This document shows, piece after piece, positions 52,936 through 61,900 of a stretch of DNA of 64,000 nucleotides (the first letter of the stretch is position 1; every line of letters starts with the position of its first letter). The notes under the pieces are model-generated. The model had not been told where the DNA came from. It worked only from the letters and a program-made list of their open reading frames with translations, and did no database searches. The DNA is from an uncultured Verrucomicrobiae bacterium. Its GTDB lineage: Bacteria > Verrucomicrobiota > Verrucomicrobiia > Limisphaerales > JAFGQR01. A program made the translations under genes and the position numbers. Location of the stretch: contig CAWBHS010000060.1 of NCBI GenBank assembly GCA_963788655.1, positions 32,001-96,000 of the forward strand, written 5' to 3'.

Positions 52936-54084
52936 ATGCATTTCCAACTCTTTAAGACCGATTCCAGTTCCCTGGCCCGCCTGGGACGTTTAACCACGCC
53001 ACATGGTGACATCGACACGCCGGCGTTCATGCCCGTCGGCACGCAAGGCAGTGTGAAGGCGCTTGATCCCCGTGAATTGCGCGAAATGGGCACCCAGATC
53101 ATTTTGGGTAACACCTATCATCTCTTCATTCGGCCGGGCCTGGAAATCATCGGCCAAGGCGGCGGATTGCACCAGTTCATTAATTGGCCGGCTCCCATCC
53201 TGACCGATAGCGGCGGCTTTCAAGTTTTCAGTCTCGCCAAGATTCGCAAGATCAAAACGCACGGCGTCGAGTTCCGGTCGCACCTGGACGGCTCGCTGCT
53301 GTTCCTGGGCCCCCAGGAAGCGATGCGCATTCAACGCGAATTGGGCTCGGACATCGCGATGGTGTTTGACGATTGCCCACCGCACACCGCCACGCCCCGC
53401 GAACTGCGCGCCGCGGTGGACCGCACGATGCGGTGGGCCGCCGAATGCCGTGAGCAACCTCGCGGCCCAGGGCAATTGGTGTTCGGCATCGTGCAGGGCG
53501 GCTGCAATGCCGATCTGCGCGAAGAATGCGCCAAGGCGCTCGTGCAATTGGAATTTGACGGCTACGCCATCGGCGGAGTGAGCGTGGGTGAACCGGAACC
53601 GGAAATGATGCGCGCCGTGGAACTCACCGTCCCGCATTTGCCCGAGAACCAGCCACGCTATGCCATGGGCTTGGGCACGCCGGCGCAACTGGTGGAGCTG
53701 GTTGCGCGCGGGGTGGACATGTTCGATTGTGTGTTGCCCACCCGCGTGGCGCGCAATGGCACGGCCTTCACCGCCCAGGGAAGCGTCAATATCAAGGCGG
53801 GCTTCAACAAGGCGGATTTCCGGCCCATCGAGGAAGTCTGCGACTGTTTTGCCTGCCGCCATTTTACGCGCGCTTACCTGCGGCATTTGCTCAAGTCGGG
53901 CGAAATTCTCGGCCTACGGATGCTGAGCGTTCACAACTCCCACATGTTCCTGAAGTTGATGAGCGACATCCGGGCGCACATCGATGCAGGCACGTTTGCC
54001 GATTTTCGCCAGGAATACGCCGCCACCTACGTGCCCACAAAGAAGGTGCTCGCCGGCCGCACTTTGGCCAGTTTGGAACGATAA
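52936..54084 (+). CDS. tgt: tRNA-guanine(34) transglycosylase
   Basis: TPAFMPVGT, NTYHL, LTDSGGFQVFSL, GIVQGG, DMFDCVLPTR and CDCFAC motifs. Confidence 0.97.
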   Translation: MHFQLFKTDSSSLARLGRLTTPHGDIDTPAFMPVGTQGSVKALDPRELREMGTQIILGNTYHLFIRPGLEIIGQGGGLHQFINWPAPILTDSGGFQVFSLAKIRKIKTHGVEFRSHLDGSLLFLGPQEAMRIQRELGSDIAMVFDDCPPHTATPRELRAAVDRTMRWAAECREQPRGPGQLVFGIVQGGCNADLREECAKALVQLEFDGYAIGGVSVGEPEPEMMRAVELTVPHLPENQPRYAMGLGTPAQLVELVARGVDMFDCVLPTRVARNGTAFTAQGSVNIKAGFNKADFRPIEEVCDCFACRHFTRAYLRHLLKSGEILGLRMLSVHNSHMFLKLMSDIRAHIDAGTFADFRQEYAATYVPTKKVLAGRTLASLER

Positions 54085-54262
54085 AACGGTTGCTTTACCG
54101 AATGTGGTGTAGAAAGCCGCTTCCCGAGCGTTTGGATTTCCTTCAGATTTTGACCTTTAATGTTGCGATGTCTCTTTGCGCACGGCTTTTGCTGTACGAT
54201 AATGGCGTTGCGGCCCTGTTGGGGGTGTATCGGAGCCGCCAGCACAGCATAGATTTGGTATT

Positions 54263-54970
54263 ATGAACAAAATCAGGTTGTTAACAGCATTCGGTTTGGC
54301 CGTCCTGGGCATATTCGGGAGCGGCGTCTCGGCACTGGCGCAAGATTCCAAGGCGGTGGACCGGGTGATGATGAAAGACGGGAAGATGTGGGAGACCCAA
54401 GGTGGCCAAACCACGTTGATGGACCAGGAAACCAGGCTGCCCTACGACGTCACCGTCAAGACCAATGGCACCTACACCGTCAAGCAAGGCAAAGAGCGGC
54501 AATTCAAAGAGGGGCAAATCCTGCGTTCCGACGGCATGTTGATCAGTCCGGATGGATCGATTGTCCCCGTTTATGACCATATTACGATGAAAGCTGGCAA
54601 GCCCATGATCACCCGCGACGGTAGCACCGAGCCATTGCAAAGCACCATCAAACTGGCTGATGGCACCCGTATCCAACCGGACGGCTACGTCGTCAAGCCG
54701 GACGGGCGCACCTTGCGCCTATTGGACGGACAAATCTTCCAACTCAGCGGCAAGACCATCCCTGCCACCGACACAATTACGCTCAAAGGCGGCAAGGTGA
54801 TCGTGCAGAAAGACGGCTCCCTGATCACGGTGGCCCCCGGACGCAGCTTGATGATGAATGACGGTACCAAGGTGTTCGGGGACGGCACGGTCCTCATGAA
54901 AGACGGCACCAAAAAGAAACTCGCCGAAGGCGAATTGCTAACCGTGCCAGGCCTGGTTACCCGGCGATAA
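54263..54970 (+). CDS. Exported beta-repeat protein (DUF6799-like)
   Basis: Signal peptide; repeated units VMMKDGKM / ITMKAGK / ITLKGGK with DGT.V..DG.V...DG..L.EG. Confidence 0.7.
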   Translation: MNKIRLLTAFGLAVLGIFGSGVSALAQDSKAVDRVMMKDGKMWETQGGQTTLMDQETRLPYDVTVKTNGTYTVKQGKERQFKEGQILRSDGMLISPDGSIVPVYDHITMKAGKPMITRDGSTEPLQSTIKLADGTRIQPDGYVVKPDGRTLRLLDGQIFQLSGKTIPATDTITLKGGKVIVQKDGSLITVAPGRSLMMNDGTKVFGDGTVLMKDGTKKKLAEGELLTVPGLVTRR

Positions 54971-55143
54971 AGAAGGCAGCCTTGAAAGAGTATCGCGTGG
55001 CCAGAAACCTTGGGCCGGTTTGACATCGGAGCCAACGCGCCGACCTCCAAAGTCAGACAGTCGTCTCGGCCTTTCCGACTCGCCATACATGCCCCTTGGG
55101 TCATGGACCGTTGCGCCAGAATGCGAACGCGTCTTGCCAATCC

Positions 55144-55168
55144 GGGACAGGCGGGACGCCTATCCTAC
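55144..55168. repeat. REP-like element, family C
   Basis: GGGACAGGCGGGACGCCTATCCTAC between convergent genes. Confidence 0.7.
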
Positions 55169-55175
55169 CGCAATC

Positions 55176-58100
55176 TCAACGTGAGACGACTCGATTTGCC
55201 CGTCCATCCGGCGCATCCGTCTCACTAAAGGGAGGTGCGCGATAGAATCGGAGGCCGCCCGCTCCCGAAGTCAGCCCACTGTCCGCCACCAGCATCCGGC
55301 CGTCCGGGGAAAACTTCAGATTCCGCAACGCATTGCCCAACCGCCGAATGGTCAGTAATTCCTGCTGCGTGGCCACGTGCCACAGTTTGAGCGTGCTGTC
55401 ATCGCTGCTGGTGGCGAGCGTTTTCCCGTCCGGTGAGAACGCAACCGAGAACACCGTCTGTTTGTGCCCGACGCAGGTGCCGAGAAAGACACCGTTCGTC
55501 GCGTTCCACAAGCGAACGGCATCGTCCGAACAAACGACCGCCAGCAAGCTTCCGTCATCGGAAAAAGTGGCGGCAACACTGGGATGGGCTTCGCTGACCA
55601 AGTTGGTGCGCAGCGAGTGCGAAGCCATATCCCACAGCTCAATATTGTTTTCGCGGCCAAAGGCGGCAAGGGTTCGTCCGTCCGGCGCAAACAACACCCG
55701 ACGTGCTTCGGTCTCCAGCAAGGCGTTGGTCCCATGGCGGAGGTCCCACCAGCGCAGACCCTCGAACCAGCCGCCGGTAATCAAGGTGCGCCCGTCGGGC
55801 GACAGGGCGATACAGTCCAAGGGCCGTTCGCAGACGTTTAAAGTGGTGCTCGCGCGCGTCTCCGTGTTCACCAATTTCACGCTGCCATCACCCTGATTCT
55901 CCGCGATGGTCTGCAGATCGGCACTCACGACCGCCCGTGGTGCTCCCGGTCCAAAACTGGGGAAGGCCCGACCTGGACCCCGCGGACGGGAATTGGGTCC
56001 CGACCGGAAGCGAGGGCGGCGTTCTTCCAACTGAAATTGTTGTTCCGGTTCGCGCGTGGCCAGATTGAAGAACGCCACGGTGTCCTCCCGCCGCGCCGCC
56101 AGCATCCGGCCGTCGGGCGAAAAGGCCAAAGGATCCCAGGCGTTGGAGATGACATCGGCCGGGGCTTGGGGCCGCAAGGGCCACACGTTCACACTGCCAT
56201 CCCGGGCGCCGCTAATGAGACTCTGGCCGTCCGGTGAAAACGCGACACACCAGACCTCGCTAAGGTGACCCTGGAACGTCGCGATGCGCTGACGAGCGGC
56301 AAAGTCCCACAACCGAATCGAATAGTCCATGCTGGCCGTGGCCAGGCGGCGACCATCCGGGGAAAAGGCAAGGGACGAAATCACCCCGGTATGTTCGACA
56401 TGCTCCGGATCCTTGGGCAACACGGCGATTTCTTTGCCGGTCCGCGCATCCCAGACGCTGACGACAAACACACCGCGCTCGGAAAGGGTATTGCGCGCCG
56501 CCGCCACATATTTGCCGTCCGGGGAAAAGGCCATCACGCGATCAGACCGGAACCACGGTCCGCCGCGAGCAAACAGATTGGTGGAATCTTGCAGCACGAT
56601 TTCGGGTCGCCCTTGTTCCAACGGCCACAAGGTCAAACCCGCCGGAGTATCCGTGGCCAGCGTTTTGCCATCCGCGGAAAAAGCCACCGGTTCCGTGGCA
56701 TTGGTGAGGTGACGGAGTTCGTTCCACGTGGCGGTATCCCAAACATGAACCCCTTCGCGCCGGCTGACTGCCGCCAGGCGCGTGCCATCGGCGGACAGGG
56801 TAAGCGGGCCGGAATTCCCGGGAAACGTTTTCTCCTCGGACCAGTCGGACGTATTCCGCACCCGCACCGTGACGAAGCCGCTGGCAGATACGAAGCGCCG
56901 GCCATCCGGGAAGAAGGCCGTGGAGAAACCACCGCTCGAAAGGTTGGTGACCAGGGAATGCGTGTGCAGATTCCACACGCGAATTTCGCGCGCAGTCCCG
57001 GTGGCCAGCCAATCGCCCGAAGGCGAAACTGCCAACGATTGCACGGAACCTTCCTGAACCGGCAACGCAACATGTTCGTCGCCCTGACAAAGCTGCCAGA
57101 GGTAACGCCACTCGAAGCCGCGCAAATCGGGTTCGCCGGCTTCGGGGCGATGTTTGTTCAACAATTGGACGGCGCGGCCCAGATTGCCGGCGGCCAGGGA
57201 TTGCTGAGCCAGGTTGATGTCGGCCACGTATTCGTTGAGCCGGGCCGAGGCTTTTTCCTGTTCGGCCCGCGCCCATTCCTGTTCGGTCAGTTGGCGCAAA
57301 TAAACTTCCTGCCGCTGGGCCGCCACGGCTTTTTGCTCCGCGTTGGTTGCCCGCACGGCCTGCCATACGCTGATGGTTACGCCGGCCAGCAACGTCACCA
57401 CCACCGTGGCCGTGGCGGCCAACGTGCCTCGATGGCGGCGGGCGAATTTCTGGAACCGATACAAGCTGCTGGGCGGCCGGGCGGCCACCGGTTTGCCCTC
57501 GAGATGGCATTGAATATCGTCGGTCAGCGCATTGGCCGTGGCATAGCGACGCGTGCGGTCTTTCTCGAGGCATTTCATGACGATCCAATCCAGATCGCCG
57601 CTCAACAGATGAATCAGTTTGGGCGCTTCAAGCTGACGTTGCTGGGCGGTGCTCGTGCGCTCGGTTTCCACCAGCGTCGCCAGTCGTGCCGAAGGCCGGG
57701 GTGGTTCCTTTTCCCGGATGGTCCGCCGGCATTCGTCGAGGGTGATTTGCTGGAGCGCCTCCGCGTCAAAAGGCGTTCGGCCCGTGAGCAATTCATACAG
57801 CAGCACCCCCAGCGAATAAATGTCGCTCCGCGTGTCGATGTCCAAACCGCTCATCTCCGCCTGTTCCGGGCTCATGTAAGCGGGCGTGCCAATGAAGGTG
57901 CTGAACTGGGTGAACAGCGTTTTGTCCGTCAACCGCTGTTCCGTGGCTTTGGCAATGCCGAAGTCGATGACCTTCGGCACCGGCGTCCCGTCGTGCAGCG
58001 TCAGCAGGATGTTCGACGGTTTGATGTCGCGGTGAATGATGCCCTTTTGGTGCGCGTGCTGGATCGCCTGGCACACCTGGGTGAACAATAGCAACCGCGC

Positions 58101-58655
58101 GCGCGCCGGCAGGTTGTTTTGATCGCAGTAGTCCGTGATCTTGATGCCGCGCACCAGTTCCATCACGAAGTAAGGCCGGCCGGTCTCGGTCGCGCCGGCA
58201 TCGAGCACTTTGGCGATGTTGGGATGGTCCATCATCGCCAGCGCCTGGCGCTCCGCTTCGAAGCGGGCAATGATGCTCCGGGTGTCCATGCCCAGCTTGA
58301 TGATCTTGAGCGCCACCCGACGGCGCACCGGTTCCTCCTGGTCGGCCATGTACACGACCCCGGTGCCGCCCTCACCAATTTGCTGGAGCAATTTGTAGCG
58401 GCCAATACGGTCACCGGATTTTTCGGTGGCGTTGGTAATGATCTCCGTGCCACCCGAGAGCGCGGGTTTCTCCAGAAAACTGCCGACCTGCTCCTGTTCG
58501 CGCAGCAATTCTTCGACGCGCTGACGCAAAGCGTGGTCGTCCCCGCACGCCGCCCCGAGAAAGGCCGTGCGCTCCGCCGGCTCCGAGCGTTCGAGAGCAC
58601 CGAGAAAGATGTCCCGTTCGTCCGAACCGGAAACGGATTGGAGTTCAGCAGCCAT
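55176..58655 (-). CDS. Hanks-type Ser/Thr protein kinase with TM helix and WD40 beta-propellers
   Basis: IGEGGTGVVY, VALKII, HRDIKPSN, DFGIAK, GTPAYMSPEQ, TM segment, then many AFSPDG..W WD40 repeats. Confidence 0.95.
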   Translation of the reverse strand: MAAELQSVSGSDERDIFLGALERSEPAERTAFLGAACGDDHALRQRVEELLREQEQVGSFLEKPALSGGTEIITNATEKSGDRIGRYKLLQQIGEGGTGVVYMADQEEPVRRRVALKIIKLGMDTRSIIARFEAERQALAMMDHPNIAKVLDAGATETGRPYFVMELVRGIKITDYCDQNNLPARARLLLFTQVCQAIQHAHQKGIIHRDIKPSNILLTLHDGTPVPKVIDFGIAKATEQRLTDKTLFTQFSTFIGTPAYMSPEQAEMSGLDIDTRSDIYSLGVLLYELLTGRTPFDAEALQQITLDECRRTIREKEPPRPSARLATLVETERTSTAQQRQLEAPKLIHLLSGDLDWIVMKCLEKDRTRRYATANALTDDIQCHLEGKPVAARPPSSLYRFQKFARRHRGTLAATATVVVTLLAGVTISVWQAVRATNAEQKAVAAQRQEVYLRQLTEQEWARAEQEKASARLNEYVADINLAQQSLAAGNLGRAVQLLNKHRPEAGEPDLRGFEWRYLWQLCQGDEHVALPVQEGSVQSLAVSPSGDWLATGTAREIRVWNLHTHSLVTNLSSGGFSTAFFPDGRRFVSASGFVTVRVRNTSDWSEEKTFPGNSGPLTLSADGTRLAAVSRREGVHVWDTATWNELRHLTNATEPVAFSADGKTLATDTPAGLTLWPLEQGRPEIVLQDSTNLFARGGPWFRSDRVMAFSPDGKYVAAARNTLSERGVFVVSVWDARTGKEIAVLPKDPEHVEHTGVISSLAFSPDGRRLATASMDYSIRLWDFAARQRIATFQGHLSEVWCVAFSPDGQSLISGARDGSVNVWPLRPQAPADVISNAWDPLAFSPDGRMLAARREDTVAFFNLATREPEQQFQLEERRPRFRSGPNSRPRGPGRAFPSFGPGAPRAVVSADLQTIAENQGDGSVKLVNTETRASTTLNVCERPLDCIALSPDGRTLITGGWFEGLRWWDLRHGTNALLETEARRVLFAPDGRTLAAFGRENNIELWDMASHSLRTNLVSEAHPSVAATFSDDGSLLAVVCSDDAVRLWNATNGVFLGTCVGHKQTVFSVAFSPDGKTLATSSDDSTLKLWHVATQQELLTIRRLGNALRNLKFSPDGRMLVADSGLTSGAGGLRFYRAPPFSETDAPDGRANRVVSR

Positions 58656-58758
58656 ACACGATCATTAATACATGCGCAAAAGAGCGACGCAATCCGCAAG
58701 AAGAGGGGGAAGAAGGAAGGATGCCGGATGCCGGCTGCATGGTTTCCGAGTATCGCGG

Positions 58759-58899
58759 AGCGTTTGGAGTGCGTGGAGCTTGCTCCCGCTTTTGTTTGGG
58801 ACAGGATCGTTCAATGTCCCCCCATCCCTCGCAGCTTTTGAACGCCTTTCGGCTTCCAAAAGCGCCGGCAAGCCGGACGCACTCCAAACGCTGGCGCGA
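58759..58899. repeat. REP-like inverted repeat pair, family D
   Basis: AGCGTTTGGAGTGCGTGGAGCTTGCTCCCGCTTT (58759-58792) and AAAAGCGCCGGCAAGCCGGACGCACTCCAAACGCT (from 58858). Confidence 0.8.
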
Positions 58900-58997
58900 C
58901 TAACCCAGCTAATGTTCCAATGGAAACCGAAATGACCAACGTAGTGCCACGCAAGCATCGATCGCCAAGAGTGGCGGTGTGTGTCCGCTACCTTGCC

Positions 58998-61900
58998 TCA
59001 ATACACCAACTCCACCCGGTAAAACCGTTCCGCCATGAACATGCCGTCCGTCAGGCTGGCGATGGGATTGGCGGCTACGAAGTCGCGATCGAGCTGGAGC
59101 CAGTTCGGCGCTTCCAAATCATCGGCGTACTGCACCCGGTACGTGTGGCCCGGAACGGTCTGGATGGTAAAGGTGGCCTGCCCGCCCGTCTTGAAAATAC
59201 TCTGAATGACCGGCGGCGGCGTTCCGTTGGGCACCCCGGACGAACCGCTCACGATGGTGAAGTCTAGTAGCCCCGTTCCGGTTCGCGGCGGCACGCCATC
59301 GTCCGTGGCGCGAAGGATGAAGACGTAGTCGCCCGGTGCCTGATTGGTGGGCACGATCCAACGGAACAGGCCACTTTGGTTGATGGCTGCCCCATCACGA
59401 GCCGGCTCGAAGGAGTAAGTCAAGGTCTGGTCCAAAATCTCCGGATCGGACGCTCGCACGAGCAGGGTCACCCGCTCGCCGGGTGCCAGATACTGCCGGG
59501 CCAGTGGCGGGAACATCGGCGGAGTGTTCACGCCGGCGACGGTATTGCGCGCTGTGGGCGTGGGGTGGTCCATGACGTAGTAAGCACGCGCGCCATCGCT
59601 GTAAGCACCTTCGCTAACATCGGTCAATTGCTGTCCGTACGCGATATAGTCCAGCAGATTCGTCCCGTCAGGCGCAGTGAGTTGAATGATTCCCGCGTCG
59701 GCGGCTAGTTTGAAGTTCACGTGCAAGTCGGCCACGTTGCCCCCATTCTGGTTCTCGTCATTGTCCGCCCACACCAGCAGGAATCCACCGGCAGGGATCA
59801 CATACCGGCCATTATCCGGAATGGCATACTTGGTCTGGCCGAGCGCGTCATCACTCAGATAATAACCACCCAAGTCCACGGCTTCTGGGCCGGCGTTATA
59901 GAGTTCAAACCAATCGTCATAATTGTGATCAGACGGATCTTGCACCGCGGCCACGTTGCTGGCCATCCATTCGTTGATGAACACTGGCGGGACCGTTTTT
60001 TCGTTGTTCGCCAGCGGAGTCGGCTTGTGCAATCGGAAGCGATAAACCGATTGCCCGTCGGGCACATCGCCGTAACTGGCATTGGCGCCCGGCGTGATCC
60101 AAGTCAGGCAATCGGTAACTTGCGGTTCCCCTCCGACGAGGCGGACCAACGCCAGTTTGCCGTCGTAATCCAGCCGGAAATCTGTGTGCAAATCGGTGAT
60201 GGTCGTTTGCTCGGGCTGGCCGTCGGCCCAAATCACTTTGAACTCGCCTGGAGCCAACTCGATCCCCGGCGGGAACTGCCACTGGAGCAAGTCGTTCGTG
60301 TAATTGTCCGCGAGATAATAGCCGTCCAAGCTCACGCTGTTTGATCCGGCGTTGTACAGCTCGAGCCAGGGTCCGTATTCCCCGACGTTGTCAACGAGCC
60401 CTATCAAGTTGTCGGTTTCCACTTCGTTCAACCACACCGGATCGTAAGCCGGCAACCCCGCCGCAACGGAATTGGGCGCACCTGGCGTGGCCAGCCCTAT
60501 GGAATCAAAGGCCCAGTTGCTGGGCCGGCGATTGTCCCGATCGACATCGACCAATTGCAGAGATTCGCCGGTCATCCCGATGGGCCACGGCGGTTGGGCT
60601 TCGTAATGAACCCCATTGATCATTTCTTCGCCCATCGGGCCGGGCCGGATCAGCGCGACGGCTTCCCCGTCCGCCGCCAGACTGCCGCCGAACGTTGCGA
60701 AGACCGGCACGCTGCCATACGCGGCCACAAACGTGGCTTTGTTTTGCGCCAGCACGATGGTCTGTCCATTCGTCACGATGGAGCCGGGCGAAAACGTCAG
60801 ATTTACCCCATCCACTCGCCAGCCCGAAAGGTCGAAATTGAACTCGGACCGGTTCTGGATCTCGAGGAATTGGCCCCCCGACATGTCCGGCGCAAACATG
60901 AGTTCGCTGATCACCAGCGCGCCCACCGGATCGATAACCGGACCGGTGTAATTCACCGTTAATTGCTGGCTGGCGCTCTCGAGGGGATTGCCAAAACGGT
61001 CCACCCCGGCCAAGTCCAGCGTGGTAACTGCCTGATCCACGACCACGCGCAACAGGAAATTGCTTACGCTCGTCCAGGTGATCGGATAAACGACGCCGTT
61101 CAGGGTAATGTCTTTGACTTCGACGGGCGCGGTACCGGTCAGAATCAGCAGATTGTCATCCGTGCTGAAACTCGCCGGCCCATCCACAGCAAACGGCGCC
61201 TGCACCGTGGCCAATTGCTCCTCCAAAAAGGCGCGCCGGTCGGCGATGTAGGTTTTGATCGCGGCCACGGCATCCAAATCGATGTTGACGTTGCTGTTGG
61301 TAAGGGCCGCGGCCCGTTCGTCGATGAACGGATCGAGATACTCGTTGCTGAATGGTCCCGCGACCAAATCCGCGAACGCGCGCCAGTACGCCCGCGCGAT
61401 GGCTGGCGTGTTGAACATGGCGGCCACCCGCGGCTCATTGGACGCAAAGAGCGGAGCGTCAACGGGTCGGCCCAGGCCGAGGCCATAGTCGATGTCCCAC
61501 GCCATGTTCACAAAACCGTTTGCAGTGTGATAAAGATAGTCGTTCTTTCCACGCTCCCAGCCGAAGCTGTCAAAATTGCCCACAGCGCGCTCAATGGCAA
61601 AGAACCGCATCCAGGCTTCCCAATCCACCGCGGTGCTCACCAGGTCCGGATCGACGGTCGGGCTGTCGGGATTGTCCGCCGGGCTGACGGCATTGATCAA
61701 CGCGTAGATCACCGAGTATTCGTCGGCCGAATTGCCCACGCCGATGGACCGTTTGCGGAACATGAACCGGTAGGGCGCGGGCACGAACGTAGGCTGGCCG
61801 TCCACCATAATGGTCCGCCGGGCCAGATCAGCGTCGTGATAGGCCTCAAAGTTGAATCCATCATTCTCGAACTCAAACCAGTCCTCGACTTTGAACAATT

